Notes under the pieces: model-generated
The model's input: the letters and a program-made list of their open reading frames with translations, nothing else
Database searches by the model: none
What the model was told of the DNA's origin: nothing
Part shown: piece after piece, positions 42,985-53,815 of the stretch
Layout of the letters: each line of letters opens with the position of its first letter
How positions within the stretch are numbered: the first letter of the stretch is position 1
Program-made: the position numbers and the translations under genes
Source of the DNA: Paraspadella gotoi
Taxonomy: Eukaryota; Animalia; Chaetognatha
Assembly: GCA_051294375.1 (NCBI GenBank)
Contig: CM119263.1
Location: 27,552,568 to 27,616,563 of the forward strand
DNA length: 63,996 nucleotides
Direction: 5' to 3'

Positions 42985-45137
42985 CTACGCCGGCACCGCC
43001 TTTGCGCCGTTGACTTAGCAATTTGGATTTTATCCTGTTTTTGTTTTTGAGTTCCATTGTTTGTGTTGGCTCCGTCGTTGGTAAGGAAAGTCCCTCGGTT
43101 TAAATGGAAAAAAAAGGGGAAACACGATGTTTTATTTATTCTTTGTTTTGATTCTTTTCTTTGTCAATGATTCTTTGTTGAAGGTTTATTCGTTTTTTGT
43201 TTGGTATTTTAAGTTGATATACTGTTTTTTAATTTGACATCAAAAATTCCGATGGCATTATAAATGAAATTATAAAAATGTTAAAAATGATGTATTTTTT
43301 AGCTAAACGCGAAAAAATTCAGTTCCTTATCAGTGTCGATCGGCAAGCAATCGTTTGGAAGACCATCCAAACCAAATTAATGTCCTCATCGATAAAACGC
43401 CGCCATAGAACTCCACATGGTCAATGGCACCATTACTTCCGATTAGTGGTTATGACGGTCGATTAACGACACCAAATCAGGGGGCCAAATCGCCATCGGG
43501 CATGGAAAGTGCAAACCGGAAGTTAGATTTATCGCTCTTGTTAACACTTAAAGTTCCTTCTTGGTTTTAAAGAGAGAGAGAGAGAACCACTGACGCTTGT
43601 TTTGGCCCGGCGCCACCTGCAAGGGGATTGAGGTCCCGCCCCAATGCCCCAAATCCGGGAAGCGCAGCATTTTCGATTCTTTGGGGATGCGATCCGTCAA
43701 GTTTGGTTTCGTCGTCGTCGTCGTCGTGGGCGTCGTCGTCGACCCATTTTTGTGCTTTTGTTTGAATAGGTTCGATTCGATTGGACGCCGCCCTCTCTAT
43801 TTTCCATACGAATTTCCGACTCATTTATCTTATTTTTGTTTCTTTTTTTTATTTTTAGATAGTATCATTTTTTCTTATCATTTGAACATTCATGAAATGG
43901 AATTTTTGTTAATTTGTTCGAATTTTCTATTCTTATTTTTTTGGTGTCTTCAACAGACATCTCTTTTTATTTCATTGACTTTTTGTCCTACCTTTTTATT
44001 CACCCCATAAACCTAAATTCAATTTTTTTTTTTAGTTTCTGTCCTATTTTGCTTATTTACCTTTCTGTAAATTTCTTTAAATTTTAAATCATTTAAATTT
44101 TCACTTTTGTAAAAAGACAAATAAATGAAAGTCATTCTTTCGGCATTTTTTCAAATTTCAATTTTCTTTATCTGTATAAATTATTATCTGGATGTCTCTA
44201 ATTAACGGTAAGCTTTCACCAAGTTTTTCATGACTTTTTAGTAAGGCAGTGCAGAATCGTTTATTTTCGAAAGAAGTATTCAGAACGGGGTTTCCAATGT
44301 TTCGCTGGTCGTTCTGGTCTATTTTTTTTCCGTTTCCAAAGACGACGAGCCGACTTTTCGAGGACCTGCGGTCTTGCACACCGAACTTCGACCTCATTGA
44401 ATCGTCGTTTCCAGTTTAATTCTACTCCTTTTTTTGTTTTTCTTCACTCAAGTTCAGCAGTAATTAAGGTAAGAAAAATGAAACATTTTACGTTTGAATT
44501 GTTTGAATGATTGTGAGAAGCTCTTTTCAAAATGTTTATAAATTAAGGGACGAAAATCCATTGTATACATTCGTATGTAGCTGAGACGGCGTTTAATCCT
44601 TCATCATTATGTTACTAAAATTTGTAAATCGCGATAAATACAGGTTTACTATATACTGATTTTGATATAGCGTTAAAAAACTCAAAACATTCTAAGAATA
44701 GAATAACATTACATTTTTTGATAGGTTGCCCTGTAAATGATTGTATATTTTATATTGTATATATATATATATTATATATATATACAATATATAGATATAT
44801 AATATATATTATATATTGTATATTGTATCTTTATTATTGGAGCAATGAACAAATTAAAATTTTTACTGTTTTTTGACATAATCTTTTATTGTACTAATAA
44901 CTTTTTATGTTTCATTTTCAGGATTTTTAAAGCTAAATTCTTGCTTTCACAATAACTAAGTGAAAGTGAAGAAGATTCCTTGGGGGGTTTCTCAGTTTTC
45001 AGATGAGAACATTGTTTTGAGCAGTGCTTAATCTCGACTTAATATTAACTCAATCCATATATCAAAAGATAAAAATAGAATAATAACTTTATTAAGTATT
45101 CAATATCCAATAATCATTGAAAAACATGCATCAGAAT

Positions 45138-45256
45138 GACAGAGAGCCAATATGCAGCAGCAGAGCCGATACGCAGCAACAGTAGCAGTAGAACCGAGAT
45201 GCAGCAACAGCCGAGACGCAGCAACAGTAGCAGCAGAGCAAGACGCAGCAACAGCT
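45138..45256. repeat. CAG-rich degenerate tandem repeat (gagacgcagcaacag-like units)
   Basis: Several imperfect copies of agccgagacgcagcaacag(tagcag). Confidence 0.7.
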
Positions 45257-45392
45257 CAAAGCTACATAAAAGCTAAAATTAATTAACATATTCAAGTAAT
45301 TTTATAAATATCATTTAATACCTGATGGTCTCAGAGAGAATCTCCCAAAAATTAAGAATTTACTCTCCTTTTATATACAAGGACACTTATTA

Positions 45393-45512
45393 CAACCAAT
45401 GAGAGGAGAATTCACATTTTAAGAATAAGATCAAAACATCTACTAGTTATTATTAACCAATGAGAGACCAGATATTCAAATTCAAGGTATAAAATTCAAC
45501 CAATTAGAGACA
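45393..45512 (+). promoter_or_regulatory. Three AACCAAT(G/T)AGAG motifs (CCAAT boxes) upstream of the NACHT gene
   Basis: aaccaatgagag (~45394), aaccaatgagag (~45455) and aaccaattagag (~45498). Confidence 0.45.
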
Positions 45513-45741
45513 TAAACAGAACTATTGGAGTCATTCAATTAAACTTTAAACTCAGATATTTGAACCATTAAAAAATAAAAGGTCAGGGCTCAATTCAGAT
45601 AAAAATCTTTTATAAACTCTATTAACAGAAAGTATTAAGAATTTTTATCGAGAATTATGGTCAAAACAATAATTACAGTAAATGGTGTAAACTCAAGTGA
45701 AAAATATTATTGATAAAAAAATAAAAAAAACACTATTGACA

Positions 45742-48475
45742 ATGGCAGAGGCCGCAGTTGGTGCCGATGCAAATTCGCTTGACGCATCAGAGCGACAAAT
45801 GCGCATCAACTACGCTACGTTGCATGGCAACCAAATCGCCCAAGACTACGTCAAAGTCAAATTGGAAGTGAAAAAAGGGGATGACTGGAACGACGGACTC
45901 TTGTGGAAAAATTGGGCCCATGACGAAATCGAATACATAAAAAAGTACAGATTTTTCAAAGATCAAAAAAGGGAAACTCATAACGGGAAAAGTATTCCAA
46001 CTTTTAAGGACGCGGACATAACTCTCTTTTCTTACTTGATGAAAAATATCGTGGATGATCCATCTACGTTTAAAAAGTTGCAAAAAATTCGGAATAGAAT
46101 CGCCCACAGCACGAGAGTACTGGCAAGTGTCGAAGAATTCGAGGATGATTTTGCAGATCTTTTTCAGGTCACCAAGGAACTTTTCGAAGGTCACGATGAA
46201 ATGTGGCACAAGTGGAAGAGAAACCTGTTACAATTCAAATACAACGAAATCACACAAAGTGTTGCCGAGATCAGTAAATTGAAAAATGAACTCAGCATTC
46301 AACTGTCTGAGTTTCAAAAAGACTTCATGGAAACCTTTAAAAAATCTCAAAAGGATTATGAAAACAATGGAGCGGAGAAATTACTTCATGACTTTTCCGA
46401 AGGACTGAGAGATATCGCCATAAAAAAGCACTCAAAATTCCGAGTTCCAGGATCAACCAAACTTCTCGACTTGAACGAGCTCTTCATCAATCTTTCTTTG
46501 AGAAAGTCTACGATGGAATCGATAAACATTGTAAATGAGTCAAAGGCAGTAGCTTTAGAGAAAGATGTCTCGGATAAACGTAAAGGTTCTTCCTTCAATG
46601 AGGGATATTCAAAAGGAGCTGGCATAAAAGAACACAATGTTAATACGTTACAACCAGAATTAACGACGGATCATCAGGAGGTAGAAAATGATCTTGAAGG
46701 AGAAGAGGTAAGAGAATACGAGTTTGATACTGAATCTGAGAGTTTATATTCGGTAGACAGGAGAGAATTAGAAAATCTCAATTTTGATGGAATGACTCGT
46801 GTTATCGAGACTTATGTTCAGACAAAGACACAGAACACAATAGTTATTACCGCTGCTGGTGGGAGAGGAAAGACCACCCTATCAAAAAAACTGATGCTAC
46901 AGTGGGCCAAAAATGAATGCCTCGAAGAATTTATCGCAGTTATCATAATTGACATGAAAAACATAATTTATGAAGAAGATCTTATTGGTAATCTGCTTAT
47001 CCAATATCCAGCATTGAAGTTACTTGTCAATGAAACTAACAAAGCAACTTTATCTAAACAATTGAGCTGTCATCAGAAAAAGATACTTTGGATGCTGGAT
47101 GGACTGGATGAAAGCAAATCGACTTATAAAGCACGAAAATTTGTATCTGAATGTCAAACTAGTTATCTGAGGAGTCCTTTTGTTTGCTTCACGAGACCTG
47201 AAGGTAAAGAAATCGCTCGTCTGGAGTGCGAGGAATTCTTAGAATTTTATATCAATGATTTGACTTTGCTTGATTTGACAAATTTGGTCAATAAGTTTCC
47301 AATCGCAAATGATGCGAAATCCAAACGAGATCAGTTTATCAGCGAATGTGAAAAAAATCCAGCTTTTCAAAAAAGCATGTCCATTCCACTGAATGCGATC
47401 TCATACTGCGCTTTGTTAAATGATGTTGCATCAGCGTCTGAAATTCAAGCAATTCCTGACGTATTGATTGGCCTTGCTGGATTGGCCATAAAGACCGAGG
47501 AGATCAAAAAGCTGGAAAGAGAATTGGAGAAAGACATATCCAATGATGAAAAGGATGAAATAGAGGAAGAGATCACATGGACAAAATCAAAGACTCCTCA
47601 AGAAATTTTCATGAAAAAAGGATATATTTTGCAAGCGCTTGGTCGGGCGATCTTTGTTTGCAATGGATACTCAATTTCAGGATTTGAGGATTTAGAAGAA
47701 GATTGGTTAAAATCTGAACTCGAAAAAACGATGATGGACAAAAATGATGTAAAAATTACATTGAGATTATCTCTCATGGAAAAAGTTATCACAGAAAAAT
47801 TCAATAGCCAGAAATCTGTATATAGATTTTACCATCGAAACCTGCGTGAGTTGGTAGTGGGAATGTATTTGTGTCATAATACGCATCCTCTGGAAACATC
47901 GCAGCCACAATCAATTCTCACGGATGCAGTTCTTTCTGTATTACGATGCACAATATATCTTTTAGGCAAGTATAGTAGAAAATCTGATGATTTGCCTGAA
48001 AAATTGTATTGGGTCTTGGATCACATTATCAATAGCAGTTCATCAATGGATAGATGGAGAACTGTACAAATCATCTGTGAATTAATAAAAGTGTCACTAA
48101 GTATAAAAAGTTGTTTCTTTCAGGTTAATGCAGTAATTTTCAAGACGTTAGAAAAGATGGAAAATTATTCTCCCATAACAAAAACTTTGAAAGAAATTGT
48201 GACCAGTGAATTTTTAGTCAGTCTCAAAAATCACCGACGTAATCCTTTGTGCCCGGAATGCAAGGTTAAAAGGATGTTACTGAATAAAATTAAAAATTTG
48301 CAAGCGTCGACTACTGGCACGGTTACCGATAATTGGCCTAACAATAAAAACCTTACTATTCATCCATTATTGATTATAAAGGATGATATCATAATCATTG
48401 CCAGACCCGAAACAAGCCACTTAACTGAAACGTCAAAGATCTTATGCGTTCGTTCGCCCATTTTAGAACCAACAG
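45742..48475 (+). CDS. HEPN (DZIP3-like)-NACHT protein, coding exon 1
   Basis: Open frame of more than 900 codons. HEPN signature DITLFSYLMKN...KIRNRIAH...SVEEFEDDF (RxxxxH at 46090-46107), followed by a coiled-coil-like linker. Walker A AAGGRGKTT (46852-46878), followed by KKLMLQWA; Walker B ILWMLDGLDE; sensor-1-like CFTRP; IPL motif; winged-helix YRFYHRNLRELVVGMYL. Confidence 0.92.
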
Positions 48476-48660
48476 GTCAAAAATAAAAATCATAATCTTT
48501 TGAGTTTTGTTGTTTTTTTAAGTAGTTTTAAATATTTTTTTTCTCGTCAATGTAAATAATAATGTTCATAATCAGTTTTCCATTAATTTCCCTTAATTTT
48601 TTATAAAAAAATAGTTGATTATCACAATAGTGTTCATCTCCCAACTTCTTTCTCTTTCAG

Positions 48661-49667
48661 ATACTCTTTTGCCTAATCTATTACATATGTCAAAGTCTCT
48701 GCCCGTCACCACAATTCCTTGTCCCGAAGTCGTTTTCGATGAGTCCTCTGTTGATTGGCCCAACGGCTTATCGCTCCTTGTCTTTGTTCTTCTCCACCGA
48801 ATCCACCTTTGGAGTGGCGTTGGACAAAGAGGTCACCTCCCAACGAAATTTGTTTGGATATTCGACCACTTCCTTCACTCGTGGTCTCGAGAAGAAGCAA
48901 CAGGCGATGTTCCGCCCGGAATGAACTCGGCCGCCGGCGTAGTGGCTCGAGGCAAGCTTTACATCCATGGTGGTACAAACGATGAGTACGAAACTATGGG
49001 AGAATTATATTCGTATGAAAGTCGAACAAAAAAGTGGAGCTTGATAACGTGCGAAGGGCCGACACCGACAGAGAGAATCGGTCACTTTGGTTTCACCGAT
49101 GGAAAAGATCTTTATTTTGTTGGCGGGGAAATTAGTGATGCGACGATGTCTTCTCTCCCCGGAGGAGACGTCGTTACCGCCGATATTAGCGACCTTTCAT
49201 TCACGAATCAAGTCATTCGCTTTGGCATAGATTCATCTCGATGGTCGAACGTTGAGACGCGAGGTCAACCTCCCGCACCAAGAGGGTGGATGGGAGGAGC
49301 AAAGGTTCAGGACAGAGTTTTTATGATGAGTGGATACAACGGTGACAGTCTCGACGACTTGTGGTCTCTCGACCTGAAGAACCACGAGTGGACGGAAATT
49401 GTTTGTTCCGTCAAACCTGAGCCGAGATGGGATTTAAGTCTGACCCCCGTCAGTCGGCGTCACTTGTTGATGGTGGGCGGAATGGACGGAGGAGTGGGAG
49501 GTGAAGAGGTGTGGATCTATGACGTTGAAGAGAAAGAGTTTTGTCGTTGCAACGATCTCCCGAGGGAAGCTTGGAGGCATGCCACAGCATACATCGATGG
49601 AAAGGTACTCATATTTGGAGGAAAGCGCAGCGCCAACATCTTCAAGTTGCACATTACGAACGAGTAA
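48661..49667 (+). CDS. Kelch beta-propeller (KLHDC1/KLHDC2-like), predicted coding exon 2 of the HEPN-NACHT gene
   Basis: About six Kelch blades (LYIHGG, LYFVGG, FMMSG, LLMVGG, LIFGG, with spaced W residues). A strong acceptor cttctttctctttcag ends at 48660. A phase-1 join with donor G|GTCAAA at 48475 yields GAT in frame, giving a fused ORF of 1246 aa. Confidence 0.88.
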
Positions 49668-49749
49668 ATCGGAATGAACTATTCATTAACAAGAAAGTTA
49701 CTTCATTATGAAAGAGAGAGAGAGGGTCAAAGATTAGGGTAACGTAGGA

Positions 49750-49825
49750 AAACCGAACAGAGGACGCGAACCCCAGTCCTGTGGGTTGGGAGGAGTGCAT
49801 GTTACCTCAAGCGCCAGAGGTGCTG
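49750..49825 (-). mobile_element. tRNA-derived SINE head or tRNA pseudogene (Gly-like)
   Basis: The reverse complement has an A-box-like TGGCGCTTGAGG, a CTCCCAA loop and a B-box GGTTCGCGTCC. The acceptor and anticodon stems do not pair properly. Confidence 0.5.
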
Positions 49826-50527
49826 CTGAATCTTTGACAATTTATTACGTTCTACCATAACACAGTAGTGTGTGGGGACAAACGCAAATTGGATTTATGT
49901 CAGTCACTCAGTCATTGAGGACATTTTTATATTCACCTGTCCTCTGTTCAGTTTTCCTCTAACTATATACTGAACTTGGTCTCTTTCTCTCTATCTCAGA
50001 TAAATTGTAGATTTTACAAATGCCCCGTCTCTCTCTCCCTCTCTGTCTCTTTTCCTTTCTTCTCTCTCTCTCTTTCTTTTTCTTCTCCGTATGCATTATC
50101 AACCAAACCAATATTGATATTATCTTTATGACTTTTCCACTGGTTTATCTAAAATCATTGTTTTTATGACTCAATTATTGGGTTAAGCGTAATTATGTTT
50201 CTTTTCCAACTGTTTTCAACCCTTTTTTAACGTTTTTTTCAATCAAAAATTTTATTGATGGTTTTTTTTTGTTATTGATTTTAAAATTTCTTTTTTCATC
50301 TTTTCGTATTTTGAAATATGAAGTAAAGAAATTGTTTATTATGTTATGTTACCTACTTTATATAGAACTAGCTTCGATAGAAGGAACTGAGGGTTAGGCT
50401 CAGCCTTTGGGTTAAATGTGGCCAACATGAGGCGGAAGAGGATGAGGAAAAAGGGAGTGCAAATTATAGCAATTGAAAGGATCCGAAACATCAGTGTTAA
50501 AACGTCGACGTCTTTCCTAATAAAAGG

Positions 50528-50820
50528 AAAACAAGAACGGTAATTCTAATGTGTTGCGCCGCAGTATCTTTATTTTCACGTGTATTTCTTTTTGATTACT
50601 TCATCAAAATTCTGTCATTTAATCTTTATAGTTTTAGGATTTCCTAAAGGCGGGGCTAGCAGTCCCTAAGATTTGAGGTTTTTTTCTGTCTTAACAAATA
50701 AGCCCACAACTATTAGTAAATTATATGCATTTTTAACCTAAGTGAGACATACCGACCGACATACCGACCGAAAAGTGACTTATAGAGTTACTCTGCGAGT
50801 ACTCGCGGCGCAAGAAAAAA
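50528..50820 (-). mobile_element. HINE-like element, apparently the most complete copy
   Basis: Has both subterminal inverted repeats (TTGCGCCGC / GCGGCGCAA), the GCGAGTACTCGC palindrome, (GTCG)n, the core motif and the terminal AGAA-ttaccg-TTCT hairpin, with T-runs at both ends. Confidence 0.72.
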
Positions 50821-52665
50821 ACGGACACAACGGGGCTCTGAGTATGAAACAGTGAGTCGGTGGGAGACGATGACACCGTCAGGTCCGCCAAGTCGATGAA
50901 TGCCTTTTTGATGACAAGGACGTCGTTAATGGCAAAGCATCATCTTCAATGACGCAGTATCAAAATCGGTCGATTTAATTTAGGAGTTTAACAGATGGAT
51001 TTTACAGACGGTAAGCATGATTTAGAAATTTTTTATTTTTATATTTATATTTATATTTTTTATTTTTATTTTTTTTATTTTTTATTTTTTATTTTTTATT
51101 TTTTTATTTTTTTATTTTTTATTTTTTATTTTTTTTATTTTTATTTTTTTTTTATTTTTTTATTTTTTATAAGAAAAGAAAAAGAAAGAAAAGAAAATAT
51201 AACAAGACAAAAACCTTTTACTTTCTCCCTTTTTAAAACCTTTTATTGTCACCCGCAAAGAACTTCATCTCCTCATTTCTTTATCGAAATCCTTCAGTGC
51301 GCCGCATCATGACATTCACGAGAGATGTAACCTAAAAATGTTTGACACCAGGATGTAACTAAAAAGCATAATACCTGCCAAGGATGTAACCCACCTACGT
51401 TTTATCGAGAAAATTAATCCGGATGTGGTAGAAATGCACGGGTTAATTCTCTTTCCCTGGTCGCCTAACCCTTGGGGGGTCGGGCTTTCGACACGAACAA
51501 ACTACGGGAGGTTTACAGGGTTGGGCAGAATATTTAAGATTATTAAAAACAAAAGGATTTCAACTTCTTGTTCTTGGCTGTTTTTATTAAAAAAAAAGTA
51601 ATCTAAAAAGAGTTATTTTCCGAAAAAAAAGAGAGACAACAAAAAAAAATCACCCTGTAAAATAAAAACTTCCGCTGAGCGAACTTTCTTCGCCATTCAA
51701 GAATCTAAGCGAGAATCGAAAAAAAGAACTGCGTTTGAGTTTTACTTTAACCTAATTTTAACAATAACTTAACTTTACTTAAATTTAACAATGATTGTGA
51801 TAAGAATACGTTTCTATATTGGTTTTTAAACTGATAGTGATGAGTGAATGTGAATGTTTTTTCTCTTATTCCCTGGACTCTTTTTTTTCCCTCGTTCTCG
51901 CACCCAGACGCTCGCTCAGAATGAACGATTAACGAGCGCCCTCTCATTTCGCTCATTTTCTTTTGTCCACTTTAAAACTCATTAAGTCTTCGACTTCAGC
52001 GACTCATAAATTTCAGTCCCCCCGTACCGTGCACGCTGAAGAAAAAATAGGAAATTTTAATTTTAATTTTTATGATGATTTGTAAAAGTTTTTTTTCCCC
52101 GAGGCTTTTTTTTAATTTTCGTTTTTTTCTTTAGCTCTTTTTCTTTCATTCATTCTTTTTTCCCTTCTTTCGTTCCTTTCTTTCTTTCATTCTTTTTTAT
52201 TTCTTTTTTCTTTCTCTCTTACTAAATTTTTTAAAATTTTTTTTCAAAGATGCAAAGTGAAAGTTATTTATCTTCTCCATAAAACGCACAAATGCAAAAA
52301 TATAGGATTAGAAGTTTCGTCTTCGTTTTCGGTTTGTCTTTAATTTTCAAGTTAATTCATTATTTACTATCTCTTGTTAGATCTCTTTCTTATTTTCTAT
52401 TTTTTCATATTTTTTTCTTAATTTCCTACATTATTGTCAGCACGCCGAATCATTCTCTATAATTTATATATTCACCAATTTTCTAATCAAATAGTGTTTA
52501 TATAGAAAAATACATACAAAAATAAACTCATCGCGACGAAATAATTGTTCAGACTTTTCTTTTTTATCCCAGTATTCGATTTTTTTAAATTTTTTCCCCT
52601 CGCTCGGGGATCTCGATTTTAGCTCTAGATTAGAATATTCTTTGTCTGTCTGTCCGTTTGCCTCC

Positions 52666-52774
<109 letters not shown>

Positions 52775-52899
52775 TACTCTCCTCTCTTTCTCCCTGATCA
52801 GATTATTCCTCATTAAAAACTGTTCCGACTAAATCCCAGTTAAAGCCTGGCGAAATTGCATTGAAGATCTGGTGGTCTTGTGACCTTTATTGAAAGGGG

Positions 52900-52958
<59 letters not shown>

Positions 52959-53164
52959 AAAGAAGAGAGAGAGAGTGATTGCCGAAAAAGATTGAAATTA
53001 AGTTTAAAGTGACACTTTTTTCGTCATTAAGTTTGAAGGAACTAAGATATAGTTCCCCTGAAGATAACTAAATTTGATTTATTCCGAGCTTTTAAACTGG
53101 GTCTAGCCACTATTAGACAATAAAAATTTAATCTTTATTAAATATATATACATGCAAAATCGCT

Positions 53165-53784
53165 AGACGAGTTCTTATTTCTTAATAGTCATTCCGATTT
53201 TATGGAATGTTTTTTTTCTATCTCTATCCCTTTAAAAGGAGCCGGACTTAGTTTACTCAGGGACACCAGGGTTGGAAGCTTTGCTTACTTCTGCACTTTA
53301 CTCCGCTTACTATCTTTGTTTGTTTTTTTCTTTTGTTTGAACAAGTAATGTATGTCACGCAAACAAGACGCGCCCGAGAATCGAGGGACGAAGGTGAACG
53401 AGGAGAGACAACAAATGGAAAAGAAAGAATGAAAACAGGTTAAGAAAAATAAAAGAGATAAAAAATAGGAAACTAAAATATAATTTTAAAAAAATTAAAA
53501 GGCAAGGAAAAAAATTAATCATAAAGAAGAGTGAGAAAAAATATCATAGGAAACGAAAAAAATGAAAGAGCACTTCAAAAGAGATAAAAAATATTAAAAA
53601 TGTATGTATAATATTAAATTATAACAAATACGAATTACAAGCTAAAAGAGAAAACTAAAATTGTCGCCATTTTGAAGAAAATGAAGAAATGGACATTGTG
53701 AGAAAATGCAAGTGAGTTCAGTTCTTCGTTTGATATGCGTTTCTGGGTGGATACGCAGACGAGAGAGAGATGAGAGAGAGATGA

Positions 53785-53815
<31 letters not shown>

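Noticed and set aside
42768-43057. Poly-alanine ORFs on both strands
   Set aside because: They are explained by a (GCG)n repeat, and the flanking translation is not protein-like.
45697-45741. GTG start given by the ORF track for the NACHT gene
   Set aside because: This is a eukaryotic gene, and the first ATG in good context (ACAATGG) is at 45742.
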